Shown here: piece after piece, positions 9,082 to 18,765 of the stretch
Layout: every line of letters begins with the position of its first letter
Numbering within the stretch: position 1 is the first letter of the stretch
IMG/VR virus record: IMGVR_UViG_3300027917_000021
Location: 64,001-128,000 of that record
DNA length: 64,000 bases
Origin: a virus
Reading direction: 5' to 3' (one strand)
Translations under genes and position numbers: made by a program
The notes under the pieces: generated by a model
Told to the model about the DNA's origin: nothing
Database searches by the model: none
Seen by the model: only the letters and a program-made list of their open reading frames with translations

Positions 9082-9491
9082 AATACTTTGAGAAGCAGGC
9101 AGACTTTTCCGAATGGTGGGATAACCGCAAAGAAGATTGGCAACAAGCAAAATACTTAGCTAAACATAAATATTATGTTTATAAAGGTGGCCGAGAACTT
9201 GGTGCAGATCCTATTACGTTGTTAAAACATGATTGGTCAAAATTAAAACCATCAATATGGGTGCCATATCGTGAATTTTTTTATGGTGGACATGGAAAAG
9301 ACCCTATGGTATTTCATGAGTTTCGAAGAGCTGTAGGAAAACATGTAGCCTCAGAAACACACCACGATTATAAATACAAAAACACAGGTAAACCCACAGC
9401 GGAAAATATAGCTGATTGGTGGAGCATTCAAAAAATACATCATCCGGAAACTCCGGATATTAAAACTTGGATTAGAAAAGGTGTAAAATAA
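9078..9491 (+). CDS. MKYFEK-leader HD-like phosphohydrolase family protein
   Basis: HKYYV...LLKHDWSK...PY...H...HH...ADW pattern seen in phage HD-type proteins. Confidence 0.55.
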   Translation: MKYFEKQADFSEWWDNRKEDWQQAKYLAKHKYYVYKGGRELGADPITLLKHDWSKLKPSIWVPYREFFYGGHGKDPMVFHEFRRAVGKHVASETHHDYKYKNTGKPTAENIADWWSIQKIHHPETPDIKTWIRKGVK

Positions 9492-9501
9492 CAATTAGGT
9501 A

Positions 9502-9530
9502 TTGACAAAATAATACGTACGTGTTATATT
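9502..9530 (+). promoter_or_regulatory. Promoter TTGACA-N17-TATATT (extended -10) for the head assembly genes
   Basis: TTGACA 9502-9507, TG at 9522-9523, TATATT 9525-9530. Confidence 0.75.
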
Positions 9531-9557
9531 TTAGAAACTTCAAATGGATGGAAGACA

Positions 9558-10517
9558 ATGACAAACGAGCAAATCGAATACTTCGGAAAAGAAGCGGCTA
9601 AAACATACCTTGAAGAAGGCACTGAATTAAATGAAACAATTACAAAAATAGCAGAAGAACACGCTCTTAACCGATATGAAATCGAAAGAATAGTAGAAGC
9701 GGCAAACACTAATACTTATTTATCTATGTTTAGTAATTTAGATGATAAATATATAGAATTTCCAGTAGCAGATGTTGAAAAAATAGCAGAAGCTTTATCG
9801 CCTATTGTGGAAGATGATCCGTATTATGATTATGATGAGCCGCCTGAAAAAGAATTAGAAGAAGTACAAATTTTTCCAGTTGAGGGTGCTGAGAAGACAT
9901 CCTCCGTTGCAGAAGAAAACAAGTTTTCTTCTGAAAATCTTCAATTCCGTCAGCGTGCTAAGTATGCAGAACAACAATTGATAGAAAGAATATCTCTAGC
10001 TGAGAATGCTTTTTCGGAGGAAACAGAGAATCTTTATCAAATGGTAAAACAAGCGGTGCTATCTGGTACCCGCTTCGGGCATATCAAAGCCGCGATGGAA
10101 CAGTACTCTCCTGGAAAATTTGTAGAAAAATTTGCTGAGTATACAAAAGAAAGATTAAAAAAAGAAGATCTTAGACTTGATCTTTCTGATTGTGAAGAAA
10201 AACTTGGTACAGTAAATAAAAATAATGAAATTATGAAGCAGCTTGATAAGATTGCAAATATTTATGGTGAAGCTGCTGTGTATAATGAAAAACTTGCAGC
10301 TTTTGGTTTAGATGTTGTCCGCCGCCTAGGTTCCGGTGCAATGAATTTTGGAAGAGGTGCTTTACGGTTCGCGGATACACACTCACGTACGGCATTATTT
10401 GGAACTGCAGCCGCAGGAGCTGTTGGTAGTGGTATAGCATATAAAGCAGGAAAAACAAAAGCTGAATATGAATTGTCTGCCATCCGAAACATACCACAAA
10501 AATATCAGAAGAGGTAA
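9558..10517 (+). CDS. Putative prohead core/scaffold-like protein, KxA-rich, with Gly-rich C-tail
   Basis: YFGKEAA, TKIA, EKIA, EKFA, DKIA, EKLAA; C-terminal TALFGTAAAGAVGSGIAY. Confidence 0.6.
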   Translation: MTNEQIEYFGKEAAKTYLEEGTELNETITKIAEEHALNRYEIERIVEAANTNTYLSMFSNLDDKYIEFPVADVEKIAEALSPIVEDDPYYDYDEPPEKELEEVQIFPVEGAEKTSSVAEENKFSSENLQFRQRAKYAEQQLIERISLAENAFSEETENLYQMVKQAVLSGTRFGHIKAAMEQYSPGKFVEKFAEYTKERLKKEDLRLDLSDCEEKLGTVNKNNEIMKQLDKIANIYGEAAVYNEKLAAFGLDVVRRLGSGAMNFGRGALRFADTHSRTALFGTAAAGAVGSGIAYKAGKTKAEYELSAIRNIPQKYQKR

Positions 10518-10520
10518 TGA

Positions 10521-11159
10521 ATGAAAAATGTGGAGCGAATAATCCGCCTTTATAAAGATGGAAAAATAGATGACACAACCATGGTTAAGATGGCAGTATT
10601 CAAAGAAAAGGTTGCAGAACTGATTAAAGAAAGTGGGCCCGGCGGTTTAACAAAAAATCAAGTATTGATGGCAGCTGCAATCTCTGCTGGTATTGGTTTG
10701 GGAAGTCAGGCTATTGAAAGTTTATCTAATTACTTTATAACAACGCGTGCAAAAAAACAATTAGATGAAACAACCGAGAAAATATTTGAAGATATTTATA
10801 ATTCACCGGAAGTAAAATCCTTTCCACGTGAAGTTGCGGAACAATATTTTAATACATTGAAACATTTTTCACCACATGTTGCCTCTGATCCATTAGCTGC
10901 AAAAACTTATTTATTGCAAATGCTCAAATGGTCAGATGAATATTCCGCTCCTATATCTACTATGACTGTAAGAGATTTAGCAGAAGTAGAAAATAAAGCT
11001 ATGGATGCTTTAAATAAAAGACCACTAGCAGGACCAGATATTGGTAAATTTACAGCACCAATTGTGGAGAGCATACAAAAAGCACCAAAAAACTTGTATA
11101 CGGAAATAAAAGAAACGCCACAGTCACTTCAAACAAGTATGTTTAACGAATATGATTAA
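10521..11159 (+). CDS. Putative head-associated protein with a hydrophobic segment
   Basis: VKMA, EKVA; VLMAAAISAGIGLG. Confidence 0.55.
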   Translation: MKNVERIIRLYKDGKIDDTTMVKMAVFKEKVAELIKESGPGGLTKNQVLMAAAISAGIGLGSQAIESLSNYFITTRAKKQLDETTEKIFEDIYNSPEVKSFPREVAEQYFNTLKHFSPHVASDPLAAKTYLLQMLKWSDEYSAPISTMTVRDLAEVENKAMDALNKRPLAGPDIGKFTAPIVESIQKAPKNLYTEIKETPQSLQTSMFNEYD

Positions 11160-12891
11160 ATATTTAGATTATTATCCAGGCGATAAAGGCGTTGAAATTT
11201 CTCTGATACATCCTGGTGTAATGGAGAAAACAGCCGAATATCATCCGGAACTACAAGAATTTTTACAAGTTTTAAAACCAGACCCAAAAAGATACTTTCT
11301 TTTAGTCAATGCATTAGGTGCAGGCGAATATTATGGCAGTAATCGCAATGGTGATTATTTCCCTGAACCTGCTTTGGTTGAATATCATAAGACCTTTGAA
11401 ACACTTGGAAAAGTATTTAGACATCACAAAAATAAACCTCAATTAGGCCATCGTGTTTATGGTGAAATTCTTTATTCTCATTATAATCCTAAAATGCACA
11501 GAGTAGAATTGGTTATTGGGCTTGATGTTGGTGCAGCACCAGATCTAAAAGAAAGAATTGATCGTGGTGAATTTCCACCAATTTCTATGGGATCGAAAGT
11601 TCCTTATGATGAATGTTCTATTTGTGGTAATAAAGCACCAAGAATACAGGATTATTGTGAACACGCAAAAACAATGATGAATCATGTTATGCCTGATGGT
11701 CGTAAAGTTTATGTTATTAATCGCAAACCTAAGTTTTTTGATATCAGCTTCGTTCATGTGCCGGCCGATCGTACAGCATATACTTTACGAAAAGTTGCTG
11801 AATACGTAGAAGAGGAACCATCGGCTATTAAAACTGCAAAAGCATTAAAACAGGCTGGCATTAAAGAATCAACCATCGTAAAAATCATAGATGGTCAAGT
11901 TGACTATGCCGGGCCAGATCCAAGCCGTCTTATTGTAGAATCACAGCCTAATATGTCAAAAAGGCTGATTAATGATTTGGCACATTCAGCCCCATTAAAT
12001 GAAGTACTAAGTACTCTCGTAGCTACAAGAGTTATGCCTAAAAAAGCAGAATTTCAAAGATTAATATTAACTGCAAAAGGCCAAGAAAAATTAGCAGAAG
12101 AACTTGAGAGAGAAAAAGTTTGTTTTATTATACATGATGATATTGAACCGGTTATTCCGAATGATGTGAATATTCATCAGTTCAACCAAAAAACAGCAGA
12201 AGTATTACGTTCTTATCCAGAATATTTTGAAAGAGCGCCATTAACTAAACCGGTTGTCATGGCCCGGATACTTGAGAAATATGCATTTTTAGATACTGGC
12301 CATCAAAAAGGCAGTCCAATGGAACAAGCAGGAGTAATCCCTCCTTTAAAAGATATGCCTGACGACAAACAAAATACTCATGGAGAAGAACAGCCTATTA
12401 TATCCCCTATAAAAAACCCACTAATACCTCTTACAGCAATAGGCGGTTTATATTTAGGTGTTTCAAAACTTATGAATTCTTTTGGTGCTGCAGAAGGACT
12501 AAAAGCATTATTGGCAAATAATCCGTGGTTGCTTCCTATACTTATAGGAGGAGCAACTATTGGTAGCATGGAAATGCAAAAGCGATTATTTGAAAAAACT
12601 GCTTCCGGAGTTGGATTTTTAGGAAGTATGTTATTAAGTGTTCCGGCCACTTATCTTTATGCCGGTTTTCAGGAAAACAAAGTAAGGCAAGGCAGACCAA
12701 TAGGCTCTTATTCTAACTTTGTTAGAAAGAATCCTCTATTGGCAAGCATTGGCCATGGTTTTCTTGGCAGTAAGACAACAAAATTGTTGTCTAAAGTAGG
12801 AGAAGCAAAAGGCAAACTTTTTGATGCTTCTCTTCAATTAGATGAACAAAAATTTAATAATATTTATAATATTGTTATACATGGTAATTAG
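11152..12891 (+). CDS. Prohead maturation protease (assemblin/HK97-type) with long C-terminal extension
   Basis: NRNGDYF, FRHH, ISMGSKVPYDECSICG, FFDISFVHVPAD; lies upstream of scaffold and capsid genes. Confidence 0.75.
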   Translation: MIKYLDYYPGDKGVEISLIHPGVMEKTAEYHPELQEFLQVLKPDPKRYFLLVNALGAGEYYGSNRNGDYFPEPALVEYHKTFETLGKVFRHHKNKPQLGHRVYGEILYSHYNPKMHRVELVIGLDVGAAPDLKERIDRGEFPPISMGSKVPYDECSICGNKAPRIQDYCEHAKTMMNHVMPDGRKVYVINRKPKFFDISFVHVPADRTAYTLRKVAEYVEEEPSAIKTAKALKQAGIKESTIVKIIDGQVDYAGPDPSRLIVESQPNMSKRLINDLAHSAPLNEVLSTLVATRVMPKKAEFQRLILTAKGQEKLAEELEREKVCFIIHDDIEPVIPNDVNIHQFNQKTAEVLRSYPEYFERAPLTKPVVMARILEKYAFLDTGHQKGSPMEQAGVIPPLKDMPDDKQNTHGEEQPIISPIKNPLIPLTAIGGLYLGVSKLMNSFGAAEGLKALLANNPWLLPILIGGATIGSMEMQKRLFEKTASGVGFLGSMLLSVPATYLYAGFQENKVRQGRPIGSYSNFVRKNPLLASIGHGFLGSKTTKLLSKVGEAKGKLFDASLQLDEQKFNNIYNIVIHGN

Positions 12892-12894
12892 GTA

Positions 12895-12923
12895 TTGACA
12901 AGAATTGTACAATTCTTTATATT
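12895..12923 (+). promoter_or_regulatory. Promoter TTGACA-N17-TATATT with a palindromic spacer, driving scaffold and capsid genes
   Basis: TTGACA 12895-12900, TATATT 12918-12923; AAGAATTGTACAATTCTT palindrome 12900-12917. Confidence 0.75.
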
Positions 12924-12964
12924 TAAACTGATTTCCATTTAATTTTAAACGGAGGAAAATATAA

Positions 12965-13546
12965 ATGGCTAAAGAAGGATTTAACCTTGAATCTTTTCTA
13001 AAAACTTTAGAAGATGACAAGGAAAAAACAGCTGAAGAAAAAGTAGAAGAACCAGTAGAAGAGCCTACTGAAGAACCTACTGAAGAACCTACTGAAGAAG
13101 AACCAGCAGAAGAAACAAAAACTGCTGAAAATCTCGAAAGAGAAAAAGTAGCTGAGCTGGTGGAAGAAGGCCAAATCATGGCTCGCGCTTTCCACGAAGA
13201 ATTAACAAAACTTGCTGTTGGTGATGGACCTTATACACCAAATCCAGCAGCTATAAAAGAGCCTAACGAAGTTAGCCACATGAGTGTTGGTGACATTAAA
13301 ATGGACCAAACAGCCAAAGTGGAAGCTCTTTTAAATCAAATTCAAGCTGCTGTACGTAGTGGTGGCGGAGACATGACATTTACGTTTAATCCTGGTGGGT
13401 CACAACCGGTAGTACCAGATGAAACCGTACTTCCTGCAGATGCTGCATCAGCACAAAAATCTCAAGCAGCCGCTGCAAGCATGAATAAAGCTGCAGCCGC
13501 AAAAATCATTGATAATCTTTACAAGAAAGTATTTGGAGAAGAATAA
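12965..13546 (+). CDS. Acidic scaffold-like head protein
   Basis: EKTA, KTA, EKVA, TKLA, NKAA; [VT]EEP repeats; GGAGG RBS. Confidence 0.65.
   Translation: MAKEGFNLESFLKTLEDDKEKTAEEKVEEPVEEPTEEPTEEPTEEEPAEETKTAENLEREKVAELVEEGQIMARAFHEELTKLAVGDGPYTPNPAAIKEPNEVSHMSVGDIKMDQTAKVEALLNQIQAAVRSGGGDMTFTFNPGGSQPVVPDETVLPADAASAQKSQAAAASMNKAAAAKIIDNLYKKVFGEE
13043..13105 (+). repeat. 12-bp in-frame tandem repeat encoding [VT]EEP
   Basis: gtagaagaacca gtagaagagcct actgaagaacct actgaagaacct actgaagaa. Confidence 0.85.
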
Positions 13547-13839
13547 TGGGACTTTTAGAAACTTACGAAGCCATGCAAAAAGAGGCAGCGGTTGCGGAAG
13601 TTGAAGCCCAACGTCGCGAAATGTTGACGAAATATGCTTCTGCCGCTGAAGAACTTCTTGAGAATGAATATGGCGATGATTATAATGCTGATGATGTAGA
13701 ACTATTAGCTGAGAAATTAATTGAAGCTGATGTAGAGGCTATGGAACAGCAAGAAAAAGTTGCTGAATATGAAGAAGCCGGCAAAATAATGGCACAAGCT
13801 TTTATTAAAGAGCTTAAAGAAAAAAAATCCGAAAAATAA
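13546..13839 (+). CDS. Acidic scaffold-like protein, paralogous to its neighbours
   Basis: EKVAEYEEAGKIMAQAF resembles EKVAELVEEGQIMARAF in 12965..13546. Confidence 0.65.
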   Translation: MGLLETYEAMQKEAAVAEVEAQRREMLTKYASAAEELLENEYGDDYNADDVELLAEKLIEADVEAMEQQEKVAEYEEAGKIMAQAFIKELKEKKSEK

Positions 13840-14292
13840 ATGAACATACAAAGAATACAGTTTCTGGAAAAATATGCTGCCCGAGCTGAAAATCTTTTGT
13901 CACAAAAATTCGGAAAAAATTATACGCCAGAAGATGTAGAGAAACTTGCTGAAGCATTGATACGCCTGGACGTTAAGCGGGCAGCGAATATCGATCGTGT
14001 TGAAGAATTAGTCAAACAGGCACAATATACAGCAAACGCTTTTGTAAAAGAAATAAACAAAGAATTGGGAGAAGATGCTTTTGCTAAATTAGCGAAAGCA
14101 CCTTTTCTTGATGCTTTAAAGCTATTAGTAAAAGGTAAAGGATCCGAGTTCAGCCAAAAACTTATAGGAGCCTTAAAAAATACCGGCCAAAGAACGATGA
14201 AATTTGTAAAAACAGATCCTTATTTGGCTGCCGGATTTGCCGGAGCTGGTGGTGCAACTGCTCTTACTGGCCATGCTTTATTATCGGATTAA
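13840..14292 (+). CDS. Scaffold-like protein with Gly-rich C-tail
   Basis: LEKYAARAENLL...NYTPEDVEKLAE is paralogous to 13546..13839; tail YLAAGFAGAGGATAL. Confidence 0.65.
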   Translation: MNIQRIQFLEKYAARAENLLSQKFGKNYTPEDVEKLAEALIRLDVKRAANIDRVEELVKQAQYTANAFVKEINKELGEDAFAKLAKAPFLDALKLLVKGKGSEFSQKLIGALKNTGQRTMKFVKTDPYLAAGFAGAGGATALTGHALLSD

Positions 14293-14298
14293 ACGCGA

Positions 14299-14778
14299 AT
14301 GATTAGTTTGAGAAACTTGTTAAAAGACATAGAAGCATCTGAACAAGAGAAGCATGCCGAACAAAGTCCGGAAATTACTATTGACGATTTACGTAATACA
14401 GCAAAATCTCTTGAAAAATTAGCTTCGCCTGATCGTGAGATTGATGTGATAGCTAAATTAGCAGTTCTTATGGATATGGGTCTTACCAAAGAAGCAGCCG
14501 ATATAGTTACAAAGGCTAAAAAATATCTTTGGAAAGTAAAAGATGCAAACAGGGCTGCAAAAATAATGGAAGAAGCGGGAAATATAGAGAAGGAAACAAA
14601 GAGAATCCAAGAAGGTAAAACTCTTGCTAAATATAAATGGCCTGCTATTGCAACCGCTGGTACAGTAGGTGGTTTGTATTTAGGTTCACAAATATCTGAA
14701 AAAAACAAAAAAGATGAACTTAAAAACGTTGCTCGTAAATACTTCTCTCTTGGCCGACAATCCGCAGGAGGAGCATAA
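14299..14778 (+). CDS. Head-associated protein with KxA sites and hydrophobic tail
   Basis: EKHA, EKLA, AKLA, TKEA; WPAIATAGTVGGLYLG. Confidence 0.6.
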   Translation: MISLRNLLKDIEASEQEKHAEQSPEITIDDLRNTAKSLEKLASPDREIDVIAKLAVLMDMGLTKEAADIVTKAKKYLWKVKDANRAAKIMEEAGNIEKETKRIQEGKTLAKYKWPAIATAGTVGGLYLGSQISEKNKKDELKNVARKYFSLGRQSAGGA

Positions 14779-15122
14779 TGAGTTTTGAAAAAACAGCTCA
14801 AGAACACTATAATTTTTTACTAGAAGAATATGAAAAATCACACGGTGCAGAAGAACGTGAGAAGCTCGCAATGACCGTAGTTACCAAAATGGTAGAGCGC
14901 GCAGATCTCACAGAGCCCGGTGAGGTTTTAGAAAAGTTGGCAGAACTTCGCCAACAAACAACAGAGGACTTAAAAATTCTCGAAAAAGCGGTCGAGTTGG
15001 GTAGAATTCCTGGGGGTGAGGGACCCACAAAAACAGCGTCAGCTTCGCTGGGTTCCCTAGCGGAGATCCCAAGCGGAGATGACCAGGATAATCTAACAAA
15101 ATTTCTACTCGAAGATTATTAA
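14778..15122 (+). CDS. Scaffold-like protein
   Basis: MSFEKTA, EKLA twice, KTAS; GGAG RBS. Confidence 0.65.
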   Translation: MSFEKTAQEHYNFLLEEYEKSHGAEEREKLAMTVVTKMVERADLTEPGEVLEKLAELRQQTTEDLKILEKAVELGRIPGGEGPTKTASASLGSLAEIPSGDDQDNLTKFLLEDY

Positions 15123-15145
15123 AAATAACGTAAGGAGATGCCCGA

Positions 15146-15607
15146 ATGTTAAGAGTTATTTCCGATTTAACACTGTGCGATCGTTTCGATAAAGAATATG
15201 AAGCTGGTGTAGCTACGAGCGGTGTTGCTGGAATGTGGGTCACTTTGAACTCAAGTGGAAAATTTGACCTTACAGCCACATCTACTGCAACTGGCTTAAG
15301 CTATCAGATCTGGAACGAAAGTAATCGCGATGGCACAGCCGGATTTAGCCCTGATGTTGGCGCAACTACTAAAGTTTCCGTTCTTAAAGGCAGTTATCGT
15401 GCACAAACTGACCAAATAGAAAGTTCTGCATATACTGCAGCTTCTGTTGGTGATGCACTAATGGCTGGAGACGACGGTTTACTTGTAGCTGCATCTGATG
15501 ATGCGGACGGCGCAAAAGCAACAGTGGCTTGGGTAACAGCCAAATTAGGATCTGTTACATATCTTGGCACTACTTACACTAACGTTGTTGAAATACACGT
15601 GAAATAA
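15146..15607 (+). CDS. Head decoration/cement protein
   Basis: Small Gly/Ala/Thr-rich beta protein immediately upstream of the capsid gene; AAGGAG RBS. Confidence 0.55.
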   Translation: MLRVISDLTLCDRFDKEYEAGVATSGVAGMWVTLNSSGKFDLTATSTATGLSYQIWNESNRDGTAGFSPDVGATTKVSVLKGSYRAQTDQIESSAYTAASVGDALMAGDDGLLVAASDDADGAKATVAWVTAKLGSVTYLGTTYTNVVEIHVK

Positions 15608-15621
15608 AGGAGAATAGACTA

Positions 15622-16542
15622 ATGGCTGATGTTCCTGCTAATGTAATTAACGAATTGTTCGTTTCTAAGCTGGATCAACCTGAAGGTCGCGAAAAGCTGG
15701 CTGCTGAAGGCTCTGCCTTCATTCGTACAAAGCTGCGTGAAGTATCCTTTGCACGTAAAATCATCAACCCAGTGTATGTGACCAAAGCTGATCTACAAAG
15801 ATCCGTACAACATGACGGTTTGGTAAAAATCGTCGATATTGAGCCTGATTCTGCAGCAATGGCTATCAACTTCCGTGGTGGAGCTGATACCCGTTACGTA
15901 GAAGGCGAACGCTACGAGATTCCTTTCTTCATGATTACTTCTGAAGATTTTCAGAAAACTGAAGAGGAACTGTTAGCGTATGAAATGCCGATTACAGACG
16001 TTATCGAAAGAAACTCTGTAAAAGACATCCAAGAAATTGAAGATAGTGCATTCATTACTCGTGTCAACGCAGCAATTGCAGTGTCTGGAAAATCAAATGT
16101 TGCTGTAACTACTTCTGGTGGTTATATTGACAAAACAGTTTTTGCGACATTGTTTAACCTGCTTGAAGCCGGTGGTGGCACAGTAGATCGTCTAAAAACA
16201 GAAGTTGTTCTTATGAACAACCAAGATTATAATGATCTATTACTATGGGAAGCCAACAGTGTAGGCGACCAAGTTGGTGCAGAAATCACTGTCAATGGTT
16301 ATACGTATGCAACTCTTTTTGGTAAGAGACTTATTGTAACCAATAAAGCAGATTTAGTTCCTGCAAAAACTATTTATGCCTTTGCAGCACAAGAGTTCTT
16401 AGGAAACTTTTTTATCCTGAACGATACACGGTTCTGGATTGACAAGAAAAAGAACCTGGTAACATGGAGTGCATATGAAAGCATTGGTATGGGTATCGGA
16501 AATATCCGTGCAGTTGCATCTGTTACTTGGACAAGCGCGTAA
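15622..16542 (+). CDS. Major capsid protein (HK97/encapsulin-like fold)
   Basis: 306 aa; FIRTKLREVSFARKII, DIQEIED, YESIGMGIGN; strong RBS, followed by a terminator; follows protease and scaffold genes. Confidence 0.8.
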   Translation: MADVPANVINELFVSKLDQPEGREKLAAEGSAFIRTKLREVSFARKIINPVYVTKADLQRSVQHDGLVKIVDIEPDSAAMAINFRGGADTRYVEGERYEIPFFMITSEDFQKTEEELLAYEMPITDVIERNSVKDIQEIEDSAFITRVNAAIAVSGKSNVAVTTSGGYIDKTVFATLFNLLEAGGGTVDRLKTEVVLMNNQDYNDLLLWEANSVGDQVGAEITVNGYTYATLFGKRLIVTNKADLVPAKTIYAFAAQEFLGNFFILNDTRFWIDKKKNLVTWSAYESIGMGIGNIRAVASVTWTSA

Positions 16543-16567
16543 TAGCGACTTAAAACATTAATAAATT

Positions 16568-16600
16568 AAGGGAGTTTATTCATTTAAACTCCCTTTTTTT
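16568..16600 (+). terminator. Intrinsic terminator after the capsid gene
   Basis: aagggagttta-loop-taaactccctt followed by a T-run. Confidence 0.85.
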
Positions 16601-16661
16601 ATTTGATTTTGGGCTTATTTTTTCATAAATTTAATTAGAAATAATTTAACCAAATAAACTT

Positions 16662-16865
16662 ATGGAACCACAAACAATTCAAATTAAAGATATTATCTTC
16701 AATATAGTTAAAACCAAAAAGAAAATTGAGGCTTTAAAAAGGGATTTGGCTATGCTAGAATCTCAGGTTGATCAACAACAAAAATTTTTAGAAGAGTCTG
16801 TAGTAGATGAAATTCTACAAAGGGCCTCAGTTCCTGCCGAGAAACCACAAAAAGACAAAACCTAA
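16662..16865 (+). CDS. Small coiled-coil hypothetical protein
   Basis: 67-aa ORF. Confidence 0.6.
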   Translation: MEPQTIQIKDIIFNIVKTKKKIEALKRDLAMLESQVDQQQKFLEESVVDEILQRASVPAEKPQKDKT

Positions 16866-16877
16866 TAGTTTTTGTTA

Positions 16878-16906
16878 TTGACATATTGCCTTAAATGTAA
16901 TATATT
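16878..16906 (+). promoter_or_regulatory. Promoter TTGACA-N17-TATATT for the virion appendage cluster
   Basis: TTGACA 16878-16883, TATATT 16901-16906. Confidence 0.75.
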
Positions 16907-16987
16907 TTTGTATATGTCGACTGCAAAAAATATAAGCTTTTGCAGTGACATCTGTAAAAGCTTATAAAATAACAAGGAGAAAATTTA

Positions 16988-18751
16988 ATGGCTATAGTTG
17001 ATACTGACTGGAGAGTCACAAGAGCTACGGGTGCCATAGAATATATCGGAGATGATCATGATGGTGTTGCTCCATCTTATGCTACCGTTATTGAATTTCA
17101 CAGATGGTTACAAGATTTAGCGGATGACGCAGTCGCTACCGGTGATGATCAACTTGATATTACTAATTTTGACCCATCTAGACGTTCAACGGATAACATT
17201 ATTACATTAATTAATGGTTATGCTATTACTGATACCGAAGCAGAACATTTGTATGATGGATCTATTATACAAGACGGTGGGGATACAATTTATGATGGTA
17301 TTGTGAATTTTGGTAATACTGACGTACAAATTCAGATTATCCAGAGTGGTGTTGTATTATCGGATGACTGGTGGAATTATGGTGATGGAGTATATGGTGC
17401 AGGTGGATTAAATTATAATGCAACTGCTGGTATTTCCCATAGATTTATGTTGAAAACTCGTATTAATGGCAATGATATAGATAATAGAAAAATTATCGGT
17501 ACGGCTCGTAGATTCGGATATACTTACTCAGAATTTAAAATTAATGCTACTGCACGTGGTAATAACGTTTTGGCGCTTACCGACACGGAAGATTTAAACA
17601 ACGTTACTGCTTCCGGAGTTGTTTCAGGGTGGTCATCAATATCTAATAACAACGAAGGATATGTTGGAATAGATGTAGACAATAATGGAACGCCAGAATA
17701 TTACTATTCAGAATGGGACAGAGATACTTATTCTATAAACCAATTTTATGAAAGATTAAAATTCCTTACAAGAGATACTTCACAGGATGGATTAGGATCA
17801 TCGACACTTTATGGTTTAGATGGTGAGCTATTTAGAGGAATAACACATCAAGTAGCAATTAGTTCCCCAACGGGAACATTTGTAGAACCAGAATATGTAT
17901 GGTGGGGAGCAGACGCTACTTTCGGAGCTGGCCAATTAATGGCAATAGATAGTGTTACTGCTGGAACAAAAATGTGGATTCAACTTTTATTAGGAGTTGT
18001 TCCGAACGCTAATACTATTTATGGTACTGGTGGTGGACAAGCTACCGCAGGTACTGTAACTGAAAGAACTATTTCAACACCGTTTGTTGGAGCTTCTACC
18101 GGATCAGCACTTATTGGGTCTTATGGACTAGGTGTAGAATATACAGATTTAACAGCTGCTGATAAAGTTACTGATCTAAATGGTAATGTAATAACTCCTC
18201 CTAACTATGTAACTAATACTATTGGTACTGTTATAACAGGTGATAGAATATTAGTTGCACCGTGGGATGGAGTATCACTCGATACCAATAATGATCCCGA
18301 GATACAAAAAGGTCAAATGACTCTTGGCATAAATTTAACAACTGACGATATAACAGAAATAGCTGTAACAGATGGATTTGATACTGCGATTCCACCCGAT
18401 ACACCATCTACTGGATTTATTCGTGTAACAGATGATGACGGATTTGAAAGACGTTTGCATTATACTTCATACGTTGGACAAACATTTTTTATTGATACAG
18501 ATGATGGAAATGAAGATTTTGCGGGAGTTAATGCGACTTCTGGAAATGATGTATATATTGCTTATTTAGATTTGCAAGTATCTGGAACCTCTGCACAATA
18601 CACAGCTGTTTATGACCAGGTTGGTGGAGATAGAGATTTAGTAGCATTAGTAAGAAATGGTGGAGGATCGCCAATTAAACAATTTATTTCAGGTTGGTCA
18701 TTTACGTCTTCCGCACAAACTTTGAATGCTATTAGAACTACTGACTTATAA
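16988..18751 (+). CDS. Virion structural protein (fibre/appendage-like)
   Basis: 587 aa, Thr/Gly/Asp-rich beta composition; AAGGAG RBS. Confidence 0.6.
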   Translation: MAIVDTDWRVTRATGAIEYIGDDHDGVAPSYATVIEFHRWLQDLADDAVATGDDQLDITNFDPSRRSTDNIITLINGYAITDTEAEHLYDGSIIQDGGDTIYDGIVNFGNTDVQIQIIQSGVVLSDDWWNYGDGVYGAGGLNYNATAGISHRFMLKTRINGNDIDNRKIIGTARRFGYTYSEFKINATARGNNVLALTDTEDLNNVTASGVVSGWSSISNNNEGYVGIDVDNNGTPEYYYSEWDRDTYSINQFYERLKFLTRDTSQDGLGSSTLYGLDGELFRGITHQVAISSPTGTFVEPEYVWWGADATFGAGQLMAIDSVTAGTKMWIQLLLGVVPNANTIYGTGGGQATAGTVTERTISTPFVGASTGSALIGSYGLGVEYTDLTAADKVTDLNGNVITPPNYVTNTIGTVITGDRILVAPWDGVSLDTNNDPEIQKGQMTLGINLTTDDITEIAVTDGFDTAIPPDTPSTGFIRVTDDDGFERRLHYTSYVGQTFFIDTDDGNEDFAGVNATSGNDVYIAYLDLQVSGTSAQYTAVYDQVGGDRDLVALVRNGGGSPIKQFISGWSFTSSAQTLNAIRTTDL

Positions 18752-18765
18752 CAAATAATAGCCTT

